Source of the DNA: Mobula hypostoma
Taxonomy: Eukaryota
Direction of reading: 5' to 3'
NCBI RefSeq assembly: GCF_963921235.1
Contig: NC_086097.1
Location: 99,016,001-99,080,000, forward strand
DNA length: 64,000 nucleotides
The notes beneath the pieces were generated by a model that had not been told where the DNA came from, did not search any database, and worked only from the letters and a program-made list of their open reading frames with translations. Positions within the stretch are counted from its first letter, which is position 1, and every line of letters begins with the position of its first letter. The position numbers and the translations under genes were made by a program. Of the stretch, positions 48,711 to 59,839 are shown in pieces.

Positions 48711-51539
48711 ACTTAACCCACTATGTTAACCCTCAACCTGCATCCCTAAATTCCTTTTCCTCTCGGAGGTTTTTTGTAGCCTCCCAAATCTGTGCCTGCA
48801 TTATCCAGGTATTTGAAAAAAAAAGTGCACTTAATATCAGAAGATCCTGGTAATACTCAGAAAATCAGGCAGCATCTATGAAGTGAGGAAGAAAGTTAAT
48901 GTTACTTGCCTATGATCATTCATCAGAATTGGAAAAGTGAGAAAAGAAGGCCGTTTTAAACTGCAGAGAGAAAGAGCACAGAAGGAACTAAGAAAATGGT
49001 TGTGATAGAATCGAGACTAACACTGTCCATGTTGGGTATTTAATATTTCAGTAATATTGTAAATATATTGTTTGGTTAAGCATTTTTATTCATTTAAATA
49101 ATTTATTCTCAGTTTTATGTAAAAGTACATGCATGGCATAGGACATTATATCTCATGCGTGTGCCTCACTTAAAGTAACAACAATGTTCAACTCACATTC
49201 CCGGCTCCCTTCTTTTCCTTTCAGTTAGTTTAATGTTTTGGAGTTATTTTTTAAATGAACCTGAGACAACTACCTACCTGTTGAAGCACAGCAAGAAACA
49301 GTCAAGTTAAAAGAAAAGTGCAGCACCTATTTTTTCTTCGTAGTAGCACTTTTTTCACAAAAGGCGATTGTGTTTTAAAAAAGTCAGAAAATGGAAGAAT
49401 TCATGGGTTCATAAACAGTGTGCACTGGATGATAATAATCATTAAGAAAAGATCAGAAATGGCTAGCTACATCAGAAAGATTAATGTGTTTGATTACACA
49501 TCAGATAACTGGATATTGTATATTGAGCAGATTGAGAGGTATTTTCAAGCAAATGAAATAGCTACTGAGAACCGAGTGCCAACTTCACTGAGTGCATTAG
49601 ATTTAAGAGCATACCGTTTGCTTAAAAGTTTGACTGCTTCAACCAAACCAGCTGAAATATGCCTTGCCAATATTTTGAAAGTAATGCAGGAATCAAAACC
49701 ATTGTTGATTGCAGAATGCTTTAGGTTTCTTAAGTAGAATCAAAAAGAAGGGGAATCCATTACAGTATGCATGGCTGAATTGAAGAGATTGTCTGAACAT
49801 TATCAGTTTGGTAACTGTCTTAATGATGCACTGAGAAATCTTTTAGTTTGTGGAATCTCACAAGAAAGCATTCAAAAATGGCTCCTAGGTGAAGCACAAC
49901 TTACATTTGAAAGAGTGTCAATGGAAACAGCAGACGGAGATGCAACTGAATTGCAGTCAGGAATGAAAGTGAGTGTTAACAAAATTACAACGTCTAAACA
50001 GAAACCAGCCTGACTGAACAAATGGTATTACTGTTGTGGCAGGGACTCACATAGACCAGACTAATGCAGATTTAAAGGTGATACTTGCAGAAAATTAACA
50101 AAGTAGGACACATACAAAGAGTATGCTGGGCAGACAAAAATAAATGGACAGCACAGAGAAGAGAAAAAGCCAAAAAGTCAATATTCCAACTGATTCCAAC
50201 TAAGAATTTACACTGAAGAGAAAACTCCTGTGGGAATGATATTTGCAACGGCAAAACACAACAATCAATAAGCCACATTGAGCTTGTATGCGGTAAAAAT
50301 AGAATGACCAGCATTGCAGAGTCACGAGTGGCTGAGACAACTACAGCTTGATTGGAGATCCATCCACCATTTTCATGCCACATCCCCAGCGACAGAGTCA
50401 ACTGAAAGCAAATTAAGTAAGGTCCTGGATGATGCCATGGCAGTGTTCAATGATTGGAAAACTCATACATTTCAAGGGTAAAATAGTGTCAAATGAAAAT
50501 GCCACACCCAAGTTTTACAAAGCCCATCTGGTTCCTTGTACCATCTGTGATAAAGTGAATTAGATTGCATGGAGTCTGAAGGAATTCTTTCCAAGGTTGA
50601 GTGGAGCCCTGGGCAATACCAATGGTCCCAGTAGCCAAGAAGGATGGGTCTGTCAGGATCTGTTGTGATTTTAAGGTCACCATCATCCCAGTACTGAAAG
50701 TAGTTCAATACCATCTGCCCGAGATAGAGGATATCTTTGCAAACCCTTCTGGAGGAAAACACTTCAACAAAATGAACTTAGCTGAGACCTACCTACCGAT
50801 GGACATGGAAGAAGTGTTTCTCACCATAAACACTCACAGTAACAGGCTTATTTCTGAAGTAGCATCTGTATCTGCACTCTTGCAGAAAGCTATTGACCAG
50901 GTGCTGTAAGGCTACACAGGCACTTAGTGTTACCTGGATGACATCATTGTTACTAGTAAAGATGACGACTAACATCTCAAAAATGTCAAGACAGTGTTAA
51001 AAATATCTAAAGATTATGGGCTCAGAGCACATCACAACAAGAATGAATTATTTACACCAAGCATCATTTACTGTGGTAACACCATTGACACACAAGAATT
51101 ACACGTGTGCTGAGAAAATCCAAGGAGTGGTGGATGCCCAGAAGCTAAAGGATGTGTCACATCTGAAATCTTTTTTGGGATTCGTCAATTACTGTAACAG
51201 CTTCCTGCCAAATTTGGCTATGTGCTCTACCCCGTGAAATCATTACTACAGATCGGGAAGAAATGGCAATGGACAAAGCAGTATGAGGTGGCTTTCCAAA
51301 ATGTAAAGGAAATGGTGATGTCAGACACTGTATCCACTTTGTCTAGTGAAGCTTGCTAACACATCCAGAAGAAAGGTATCCAGAGCTGTCAGAACCACTT
51401 CCTGCAGTCTCAGAGTCAACTCCTAAAGCCACAACAGAGGAGGCCCCAGAAACAGAGACTGTTTCACAGCCACAAATCTCAACTGCCAAGCAGAGTCTTG
51501 TTAAGAAAGATGTTATCCCACAAGAGTAAGAAATCATCT

Positions 51540-51834
51540 GAGAGTCTGAGTGGGAGTGCCGAGAAAGACATTTTTGAAATTTTCGTTATTTTTTTTTCTC
51601 CAACGGCGTTCTGAGAGGCGGGACTGCGCAGGCGTGTGACGTCAAGCTGTGCAGCACGGCAGATTTAAAAGGAACAGAGCCTCAGAGAGCGGGCAGCGTA
51701 GTTTGCGGGCTGCGGAGTGAGCCGGGAGCAGAGTGAAGACTTAAGGGCTTCGGCTCAACGGGCTTAGGCGGAAACGGGCGGGGCGAGGAAGGTTTGGTAT
51801 TCATTTTCTGTTGTTATTTGAGGAGAGGGGCAGT
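51540..51834 (+). promoter_or_regulatory. CR1 5' UTR / putative internal promoter
   Basis: CpG-dense; TGCGCAGGCG (NRF1-like, 51625-51634); TGACGTCA (CRE, 51637-51644); TTTAAAA ~51664; GGGCGGGGC (GC box, 51776-51784). Confidence 0.55.
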
Positions 51835-52770
51835 ATGAGTGTGAGGGCAGTTTGCTGTACTCGGTGTCGGATGTGGGAGGCCCTGGAGTCTCCAAGCCTC
51901 CCGGACGTCTACATCTGCGCCAAGTGCATCGAGATGCAGCTCCTAAGGGACCGCGTTAGGGAACTGGAGCTGCAGCTCGATGACCTTCGTCTGGTCAGGG
52001 AGAGTGAGGAGTTGATAGAGAGGAGTTACAGGCAGGTGGTCACACCGGGGCCATGGGAGGCAAACAAGTGGGTCACGGTTAGGAGGGGGAAGGGGAAGAG
52101 TCAGGTAATAGAGAGTACCCCGGTGACTGTGCCCCTTAACAATAGGTACTCCTGTTTGAGTACTGTTGGGGGGGACGACTTACCCGGGGGAAGCGACAGT
52201 GGCCGTGCCTCTGGCACAGAGTCTGGCCCTGTAGCTCAGAAGGGTAGGGCAAGGAAGAGGAGGGCAGTTGTGATAGGGGACTCAATAGTATGGGGGTCAG
52301 ATAGGCGATTCTGTGGACGCAGTCCAGAGACCCGGATGGTACTTTGCCTCCCTGGTGCCATGGTCCGGGATATTTCTGATCGTGTCCAAGATATCCTGAA
52401 GTGGGAGGGTGAGGAGCCAGAGGTCGTGGTACATATAGGTACCAATGATATAGGTAGGAAAAGGGATGAGGTCCTGAAAGGAGAATATAGGGAGCTGGGG
52501 AGGGAGTTGAGAAAAAGGACCGCAAAGGTAGTAATCTCGGGATTACTGCCTGTGCCACGCGACAGTGAGAGTAGGAATGCGATAAGGTGGAGGATAAATG
52601 CGTGGCTGAGGGATTGGAGCAGGGTGCAGGGATTCAAGTTTTTGGATCATTGGGACCTCTTTTGGTGCAGGTGTGACCTGTACAAAAAGGACAGGTTACA
52701 CTTGAATCCTAGGGGGACCAATATCCTGGCAGGGAGATTAGCGAGGGCTACGGAGGTGACTTTAAACTAG
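51835..52770 (+). CDS. CR1 ORF1p (311 aa): N-terminal Cys-rich finger, coiled coil, SGNH esterase
   Basis: CTRC...CAKC; LRDRVRELELQLDDL heptads; SGNH blocks GDS, HIGTND, DRLHLN; frame intact from ATG 51835. Confidence 0.9.
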   Translation: MSVRAVCCTRCRMWEALESPSLPDVYICAKCIEMQLLRDRVRELELQLDDLRLVRESEELIERSYRQVVTPGPWEANKWVTVRRGKGKSQVIESTPVTVPLNNRYSCLSTVGGDDLPGGSDSGRASGTESGPVAQKGRARKRRAVVIGDSIVWGSDRRFCGRSPETRMVLCLPGAMVRDISDRVQDILKWEGEEPEVVVHIGTNDIGRKRDEVLKGEYRELGRELRKRTAKVVISGLLPVPRDSESRNAIRWRINAWLRDWSRVQGFKFLDHWDLFWCRCDLYKKDRLHLNPRGTNILAGRLARATEVTLN

Positions 52771-55700
52771 AATGGTTGGGGGGTGGGAATCAAATTAAAG
52801 AGGCTAGGCGTGAGGAGGTTAGTTCACAACAGGGGGATGGGAACCGGTGCAGAGAGACAGAGGGGTGTAAAGTGAGGGTAGAAGCAAAAAGTACTAAGGA
52901 GAAAGGTAAAAGTGGCAGGCCGACAAATCCAGGGCAAGCATTAAAAAGGGCCACTTTTCAACATAATTGTATAAGGGCTAAGAGAATTGTAAAAGAGCGC
53001 CTGAAGGCTTTGTGTGTCAATGCAAGGAGCATTCGTAATAAGGTGGATGAATTGAAAGTGCAGATTGTTATTAATGATTATGATATAGTTGGGATCACAG
53101 AGACATGGCTCCAGGGTGACCAAGGATGGGAGCTCAACGTTCAGGGATATTCAATATTCAGGAGGGATAGACATGAAGGAAGGGGAGGTGAGGTGGCGTT
53201 GCTGGTTAAAGAAGAGATTAACGCAATAGAAAGGAAGGACATAAGCCGGGAAGATGTGGAATCAATATGGGTAGAGCTGCGTAACACTAAGGGGCAGCAG
53301 ACGCTGGTGGGAGTTGTGTACAGGCCACCTAACAGTAGTAGTGAGGTCGGAGATGGTATTAAACAGGAAATTAGAAATGTGTGCAATAAAGGAACAGCAG
53401 TTATAATGGGTGACTTCAATCTACATGTAGATTGGATGAACCAAATTGGTAAAGGTGCTGAGGAAGAGGATTTCTTGGAATGTATGCGGGATGGTTTTTT
53501 GAACCAACATGTCGAGGAACCAACTAGAGAGCAGGCTATTCTGGACTGGGTTTTGAGCAATGAGGAAGGGTTAATTAGCAATCTTGTCGTGAGAGGCCCC
53601 TTGGGTAAGAGTGACCATAATATGGTGGAATTCTTCATTAAGATGGAGAGTGACATAGTTAATTCAGAAACAAAGGTTCTGAACTTAAAGAGGGGTAACT
53701 TTGAAGGTATGAGATGTGAATTAGCTAAGATAGACTGGCAAATGACACTTAGACGGTGGATATGCAATGGCAAGCATTTAAAGGTTGCATGGATGAACTA
53801 CAACAATTGTTCATCCCAGTTTGGCAAAAGAATGAATCAAGGAAGGTAGTGCACCCGTGGCTGACAAGAGAAATTAGGGATAGTATCAATTCCAAAGAAG
53901 AAGCATACAAATTAGCCAGAGAAAGTGGCTCACCTGAGGACTGGGAGAAATTCAGAGTTCAGCAGAGGAGGACAAAGGGCTTAATTAGGAAGGGGAGAAA
54001 AGATTATGAGAGAAAACTGGCAGGGAACATAAAAACTGACTGTAAAAGCTTTTATAGATATGTAAAAAGGAAAAGACTGGTAAAGACAAATGTAGGTCCC
54101 CTACAGACAGAAACAGGTGAATTGATTATGGGGAGCAAGGACATGGCAGACCAATTGAATAATTACTTTGGTTCTGTCTTCACTAAGGAGGACATAAATA
54201 ATCTTCCAGAAATAGTAGGGGACAGAGGGTCCAGTGAGATGGAGGAACTGAGCGAAATACATGTTAGTAGGGAAGTGGTGTTAGGTAAATTGAAGGGATT
54301 GAAGGCAGATAAATCCCCAGGGCCAGATGGTCTGCATCCTAGAGTGCTTAAGGAAGTAGCCCAAGAAATAGAGGATGCATTAGTGATAATTAACTCGTTA
54401 GATTCTGGACTAGTTCCTGAGGATTGGAGGGTGGCTAATGTAACCCCACTTTTTAAAAAAGGAGGGAGAGAGAAACCTGTGGAATTATAGACCGGTTAGC
54501 CTAACGTCGGTGGTGGGGAAACTGCTGGAGTCAGTTATCAAAGATGTGATAACAGCACATTTGGAAAGCGGTGAAATGATCGGACAAAGTCAGCATGGAT
54601 TTGTGAAAGGAAAATCATGTCTGACGAATCTCATAGAATTTTTTGAGGATGTAACTAGTAGAGTGGATAGGGGAGAACCAGTGGATGTGGTATATTTGGA
54701 TTTTCAAAAGGCTTTTGACAAGATCCCACACAGGAGATTAGTGTGCAAACTTAAAGTACACGGTATTGGGGGTAAGGTATTGATGTGGATGGAGAATTGG
54801 TTAGCGGACAGGAAGCAAAGAGTGGGAATTAACGGGACCTTTTCAGAATGGCAGGCAGTGACTAGTGGGGTACCGCAAGGCTCAGTGCTGGGACCCCAGT
54901 TGTTTACAATATATATTAATGACTTGGATGAGGGAATTAAATGCAGCATCTCCAAGTTTGCGGATGACACGAAGCTAGGCAGCAGTGTTAGCTGTGAGGA
55001 GGATGCTAAGAGGATGCAGAGTGACTTGGATAGGTTGGGTGAGTGGGCAAATTCATGGCAGATGCAATTTAATGTGGATAAATGTGAAGTTATCCACTTT
55101 GGTGGCAAAAATAGGAAAACAGATTATTATCTGAATGGTGGCCGATTAGGAAAAGGGGAGGTGCAACGAGACCTGGGTGACATTATACACCAGTCATTGA
55201 AAGTGGGCATGCAGGTACAGCAGACGGTGAAAAAGGCGAATGGTATGCTGGCATTTATAGTGAGAGGATTCGAGTACAGGAGCAGGGAGGTACTACTGCA
55301 GTTGTACAAGGCCTTGGTGAGACCACACCTGGAGTATTGTGTGCAGTTTTGGTCCCCTAATCTGAGGAAAGACATCCTTGCCATAGAGGGAGTATAAAGA
55401 AGGTTCACCAGATTGATTCCTGGGATGGCAGGACTTTCATATGAAGAAAGACTGGATGAACTAGGCTTGTACTCGTTGGAATTTAGAAGATTGAGGGGGG
55501 ATCTGATTGAAACGTATAAAATCCTAAAGGGATTGGACAGGCTAGATGCAGGAAGATTGTTCCCGATGTTGGGGAAGTCCAGAACAAGGGGTCGCAGTTT
55601 GAGGATAAAGGGGATGCCTTTTAGGACTGAGATTAGGAAAAACTTCTTCACACAGAGAGTGGTGAATCTGTGGAATTCTCTGCCACAGGAAACAGTTGCG

Positions 55701-55796
55701 GCCAGTTCATTGGCTATATTTAAGAGGGAGTTAGATATGGCCCTTGTGGCTACAGGGATCAGGGGGTATGGAGGGAAGGCTGGGGCGGGGTTCTGA
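52761..55796 (+). pseudogene. CR1 ORF2 (APE endonuclease + reverse transcriptase), disrupted
   Basis: NARSI, GITETW, YRPP, GDFN, SDH (APE); QHGF, LDFQKAFD, PQGSVLGP, FADD (RT); frameshifts near 53750 and 54480; stop at 55395-55397. Confidence 0.92.
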
Positions 55797-56352
55797 GTTG
55801 GATGATCAGCCATGATCATAATAAATGGCGGTGCAGGCTCGAAGGGCCGAATGGCCTACTCCTGCACCTATTTTCTATGTTTCTACAGGTAATAAATCTT
55901 TAGGCCTGAATGGGATAATTTAAAATTGACTATGCTGTGGATGTCTATACAGTAGTTGTGTTATATAGAACACTGAATGTACCACCACGTCATATGCGTG
56001 CTTAAAGTAACAACAAAATTCGACTCGCATTCCCAGCTCTCTTGTTTTCCATTCAATTGGTTCAATGGTTTGGAGTTACAAAACATTACAGTCCAGGTCC
56101 CAGTTGCTAAGATTGTCCAAGTGACACAATTGCTTTTATTGTCATCAAAGAGGAACAGGTTAATGAGAGCTCAGGTACCTGAAGAAGATGTAAAAAGAGA
56201 AACCAAATGAAATAACATGTTGGAGCTGAGCAATGAAGAACACACAGCTCTTGGAAATCCAAACTAAAGGGGAAGCAGGAAATACTCAGTAGATTAGAAG
56301 GAGGGAGGGAGAGAGAAACAGAGAGACAGATATGGGAGGGGAAGAGGGAGTG

Positions 56353-56353
<1 letters not shown>

Positions 56354-56400
<47 letters not shown>
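56354..56400. repeat. (GA)n microsatellite
   Basis: Read directly. Confidence 0.97.
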
Positions 56401-56403
<3 letters not shown>

Positions 56404-56959
56404 AGAGATTGATTGAGATTTAAAGTTAGAGGTCTATGACCTTACATCAAAACTGGCCAGTCAAACAAGAATGAATTATTTGTTATTGTTAAGTTGCAAG
56501 GACTGCAATTCACTTATGTGGAAAATGACATGGTGCTTTCAGACTTTAACTAGAACAGTATAGGATGCAAAAGACTACACGGTCATGCAGGACTGGGAGG
56601 AAAATTGAAGTAGCAGGTGACTGGAATGTCAGGATCATCCTGCTATCTTGCAAACTGAATGAAAGAGGCCATCTGTTTTCTCTAATATAGAAGGAACCAC
56701 ATTTGTGAGCACCTAAAGTAGCAAAGAAGAAAAGCAAGTGGACTGCTGTTTTGCTTGGAAGGGCTGTTCAAATCCCAAATGAGGCAAGAGGGCAGACAAT
56801 GCCGAAAGAGAGGTGACCAGTGTTTGAACTTTTCCAGTAGCGATTCCAAAATTATTCTGATTAACATTATTAATAACATCCTTGATGAATTTATTCTTGC
56901 ACCATGCACTTTAATATGCACAGAGTCTTTGACCGAGCTAGGCTGTAAGCTATAGCATC

Positions 56960-57640
56960 CTGCTCTAAAACCTCTCCACCATTGTCTGACTAGATCCATT
57001 CTTTTCTATTGAGTTACAGAAAAAGATTTACTAACCATGGCTAGTCCTCTCACCATTCCTGATGCTGGTCCATTCTAGCTTCCTGCTATTTCTCATCTCA
57101 ATACTACCAATCAGCAATGTCATCAGCAAACATGGTACCAGTCTCCATATAATTGCTGATGACATCCATTTGTACTTCGACAGGAACCTCTTCATTGTTT
57201 GTAAATTTTCTAGCATCCATTTCTACTGAATGAAGAGGTATTCTCTTCAACATTGTGAAGACCTAAGCTATTGTCTTCACTTCCAATTCCTTTTCCTCAG
57301 ACCAACTCCATCTCTTTGTGGCATCAGTTTGAAATGGAATAAACTGTTTCCAACCTTCATATTTTGACTCTGAGTTTACGTACAAACCATATATCTGTGC
57401 CATCTCTAATAACCCCTATTTTCACCTCGTGCTGCTTCTGATCTTCTGCTGACAAAACCCTCATTCAACTTTATTACTTCCGTTTTTATGCAATGGTGGC
57501 AGGCTTCTTTCACGTTGCCATCCTTAAACCCAAAGCCATATGAAACTTCCCTCATCTTGCATGAAATCCCTTCACTTTTGTCCATCGTTTATTGTCCCAG
57601 CTCTCCCAATCCTTGTAACTTTCTCCAGTCTCATCAGCTT
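56960..57640 (+). mobile_element. Ancient L2-like RT fragment
   Basis: Decayed LLFLISILPISNVISKHG...ADDIHLY around 57080-57180. Confidence 0.55.
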
Positions 57641-58404
57641 TTCAGTCACCTGTTTAAATTTTAACCACTTGTAGAAAGCTGAATTTAGTTTCCTTAGCAA
57701 TGGTCATAAAGACATTGAATCCTACAGGACAGAAAAGGCCCTTTGTCCAATTGAGTATGGGTCAACTATCACACATCCATTTATATTAATCCCATTTTAG
57801 TCTCCCCACTTTCCATAAGACCACAAGGTATGGGAGCAGAATTGGGCGATTTGGCCCATTGAATCCTCTCCGATTCCCATTAAGTCCCTCCAGATTCTAC
57901 CACTCATTGCTCATTAGGTGCAATTTACAGTGGCCACTTAGCCAATTACCAGCTCAGACATCTTTGAGATGAGGGATAAAACCAGAGTAGCCAGAGGAAA
58001 TCCATGCAGTCACAGAGAGAGTCTGCAAACTCCACACAGGTAGTACCCAAAGTCAGGAGCAAAAGGGGTTACGGTTTTGACTGCTTTGCCTCTGGAAGCT
58101 ATGGTCACAGGTTCTGGAATTTCCTTCCTAAATCTCTCCACTTTTCCATTAAGATGCTGCTTAAGATCTTTTTGTTTGACCAAGCTTTTGATCATCCACT
58201 CTGAAATCATACGTGAATTGGCCTCAAATTTTGTTTGGTAATGTCCCTGTGAAATGTCCTAGAGGTCTTAAGCAGCATCTTGCTACAATATTTCAGCAGC
58301 TATTGTTCTAGATAGCCAAACAAATGTAGGGGGTTAGATGTAAAAATGTAATTTAAACGAAGGAATGAATATTCCAAGAGGTGCAGAGACAATAACATAG
58401 TATA

Positions 58405-58716
58405 AACAGCAGGCATCTGTTAGTCTTGCAAGACCTTGGATCTGCCCCTGGAAAGTCTTCGCTCTCCAGGGCGCAGGCCTGGGCAAGGTTGTATGGAAGA
58501 CAGGCAGTTGCCCATGCAGCAAGTCAACCCTCTCCATGACACTGATGTTGTCCAAGGGAAGGGCATTAGGATCCATACAGCTTGGCACCGGTGTCGTCGC
58601 AGAGCAATGTGTGATTAAGTGCCTTGCTCAAAGACACGACACGTTGCCTCGGCTAGGCTCGAACTCACGACCTTCAGATCGCTAGTCCAATGCCTTAACA
58701 ACTTGGCCATGTGCCC
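58405..58716 (-). mobile_element. tRNA-derived SINE
   Basis: Minus-strand head ggcacatggccaagttgttaagg...gagttcgagcc with Pol III A-box-like and B-box motifs, followed by a non-tRNA body. Confidence 0.75.
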
Positions 58717-58851
58717 ACACTAACAGCAGGAGAAGATAGAAAATTCATTTATCTAATAAGCGTAGTTGTAATATTTGAAATATTGGGGAATATTAATAGC
58801 CTGGGTTGGCTATTTGGAAGTTTGGTTGATCGCCAAGCTCGGCAAAATGTT

Positions 58852-58893
58852 TGCAGACGTTTCAGCTCCAATCGAGAAGCTATCTTCAGTGCA
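58852..58893 (-). ncRNA. Minimal type-I hammerhead ribozyme motif (Penelope-like-element type)
   Basis: Minus strand: UGCA-CUGAAGA-U-AGCUUC(ucgauu)GGAGCU-GAAAC-GUC-UGCA; full catalytic core, 6-bp stem II, 4-bp stem I, vestigial stem III. Confidence 0.7.
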
Positions 58894-59689
58894 GCAGTCA
58901 GGAGAGCTGTTCTTCAGATGAAAATTAAAGGACACTCTGATTGTTTAATCACTCTATCTGTTTAAAGTTTTGATCACCATTCAAAGATGACCTTGAAGGG
59001 AGACACACAATAGTGTTCATGATTCTGACTCAGACAGCCAACAGTTCCAGTCTCAGTTCACACTGCAGCACCCAACCCCAACTTAGGCTGACACTATGGA
59101 ACAATAACTTGGGATGAGACAGTGATGATAAAATAACATAAAAGGACCCCTGGCACAATATTGGGAAGTTCTTTCTGCCCAAAAACACCAACCAGTTCAG
59201 AGTCAATTCAATATCACATCGCTATCTCAGTGGTGTATTTCCATCTGCAAATTAGCAGCAGCATTTCATACAATACGAGAGGACTGACATTTCTGAAGTA
59301 CTTCTCAAACTGCGAGGAGGATCGTAATGGACGTAAGTGAAAACTGTGTCATGGAGTCATAGTGTAGGATCTTTGGGTCATCCAGTCCATACTGATGACA
59401 GTGCCCACCCAGCCAATCCCAGTTTCCATATCCTGCTAAGCCCTGCCCCTCCATGGATCAATGCAAGGGCTTCATAAGTGATACTATTGAACCTGCCTCG
59501 ACCACTTCCTTGGGCTGTGCTTCCTTTTCTGATGAGGTGAGGGAATGTTTCTTGAGTGTCTGGAAGGGCAGCATAGCTCCGCAAGGGACAACTGAAGCCA
59601 AAATCACAACCCTGGGCTCGCTGCCTGGGCACACTTGGTGGTGAAGGGACAAATCCTACATCTTGCCTTGCCATTATGATCTCACCCAC

Positions 59690-59839
59690 CTCCTGTGAAT
59701 TCATGATTGTTTCCATGTGCGCCGCGTCTCTGAAGAAAATCTGCTCCTGGTGCATCCTCTCCAGCCAGCCCTTCTTCAGCTCCCACTGACTGTACAGATC
59801 CGATCTCTCCTTCTGCAGACTATCAACTTTGTCTTTGAC
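59690..59839 (-). CDS. SPTBN5: Spectrin beta V coding exon (1st in window; VKDKVDSLQK...TIMNSQE), phase 0/0
   Basis: ctctag| acceptor and |gtgggt donor; 150 nt; spectrin-repeat helix C/A pattern (W at ELKKGWLE, IFFRD). Confidence 0.88.

Larger units (their letters stand above)
51540..55885 (+). mobile_element. Near-full-length CR1-clade LINE nested in the Gypsy element
   Basis: CpG-rich 5' UTR, ORF1, APE-RT ORF2, and 3' end ggccgaatggcctactcctgcacctattttctatgtttcta; removing it rejoins the Gypsy pol tail. Confidence 0.95.
49030..56090 (+). mobile_element. Gypsy/Ty3-type LTR retrotransposon remnant, internally deleted and interrupted by a CR1
   Basis: TG...CA termini; GTCCA TSD at 49025-49029 and 56091-56095; homologous LTR segments ~49150-49246 and ~55990-56080; decayed gag from ATG 49459 with Cys/His knuckles ~50025-50125; RT motifs KKDGSVRICCDFK and YLDD (~50931). 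Confidence 0.9.

Noticed and set aside
52136..55819. Minus-strand ORFs of 130-230 aa over the CR1
   Set aside because: Antisense shadows of ORF1/ORF2 with no independent motifs.
58650..58716. tRNA gene
   Set aside because: A/B boxes are present but continue into a SINE body, with no complete cloverleaf or terminator.
1905..59839. Assignment to alpha-spectrin or SPTBN1/2/4
   Set aside because: The run EVMINVGD...EHC...DVTVDD...WNKFQGNL...LEVH matches my recollection of SPTBN5 rather than the other spectrins; reciprocal BLAST is needed to confirm.
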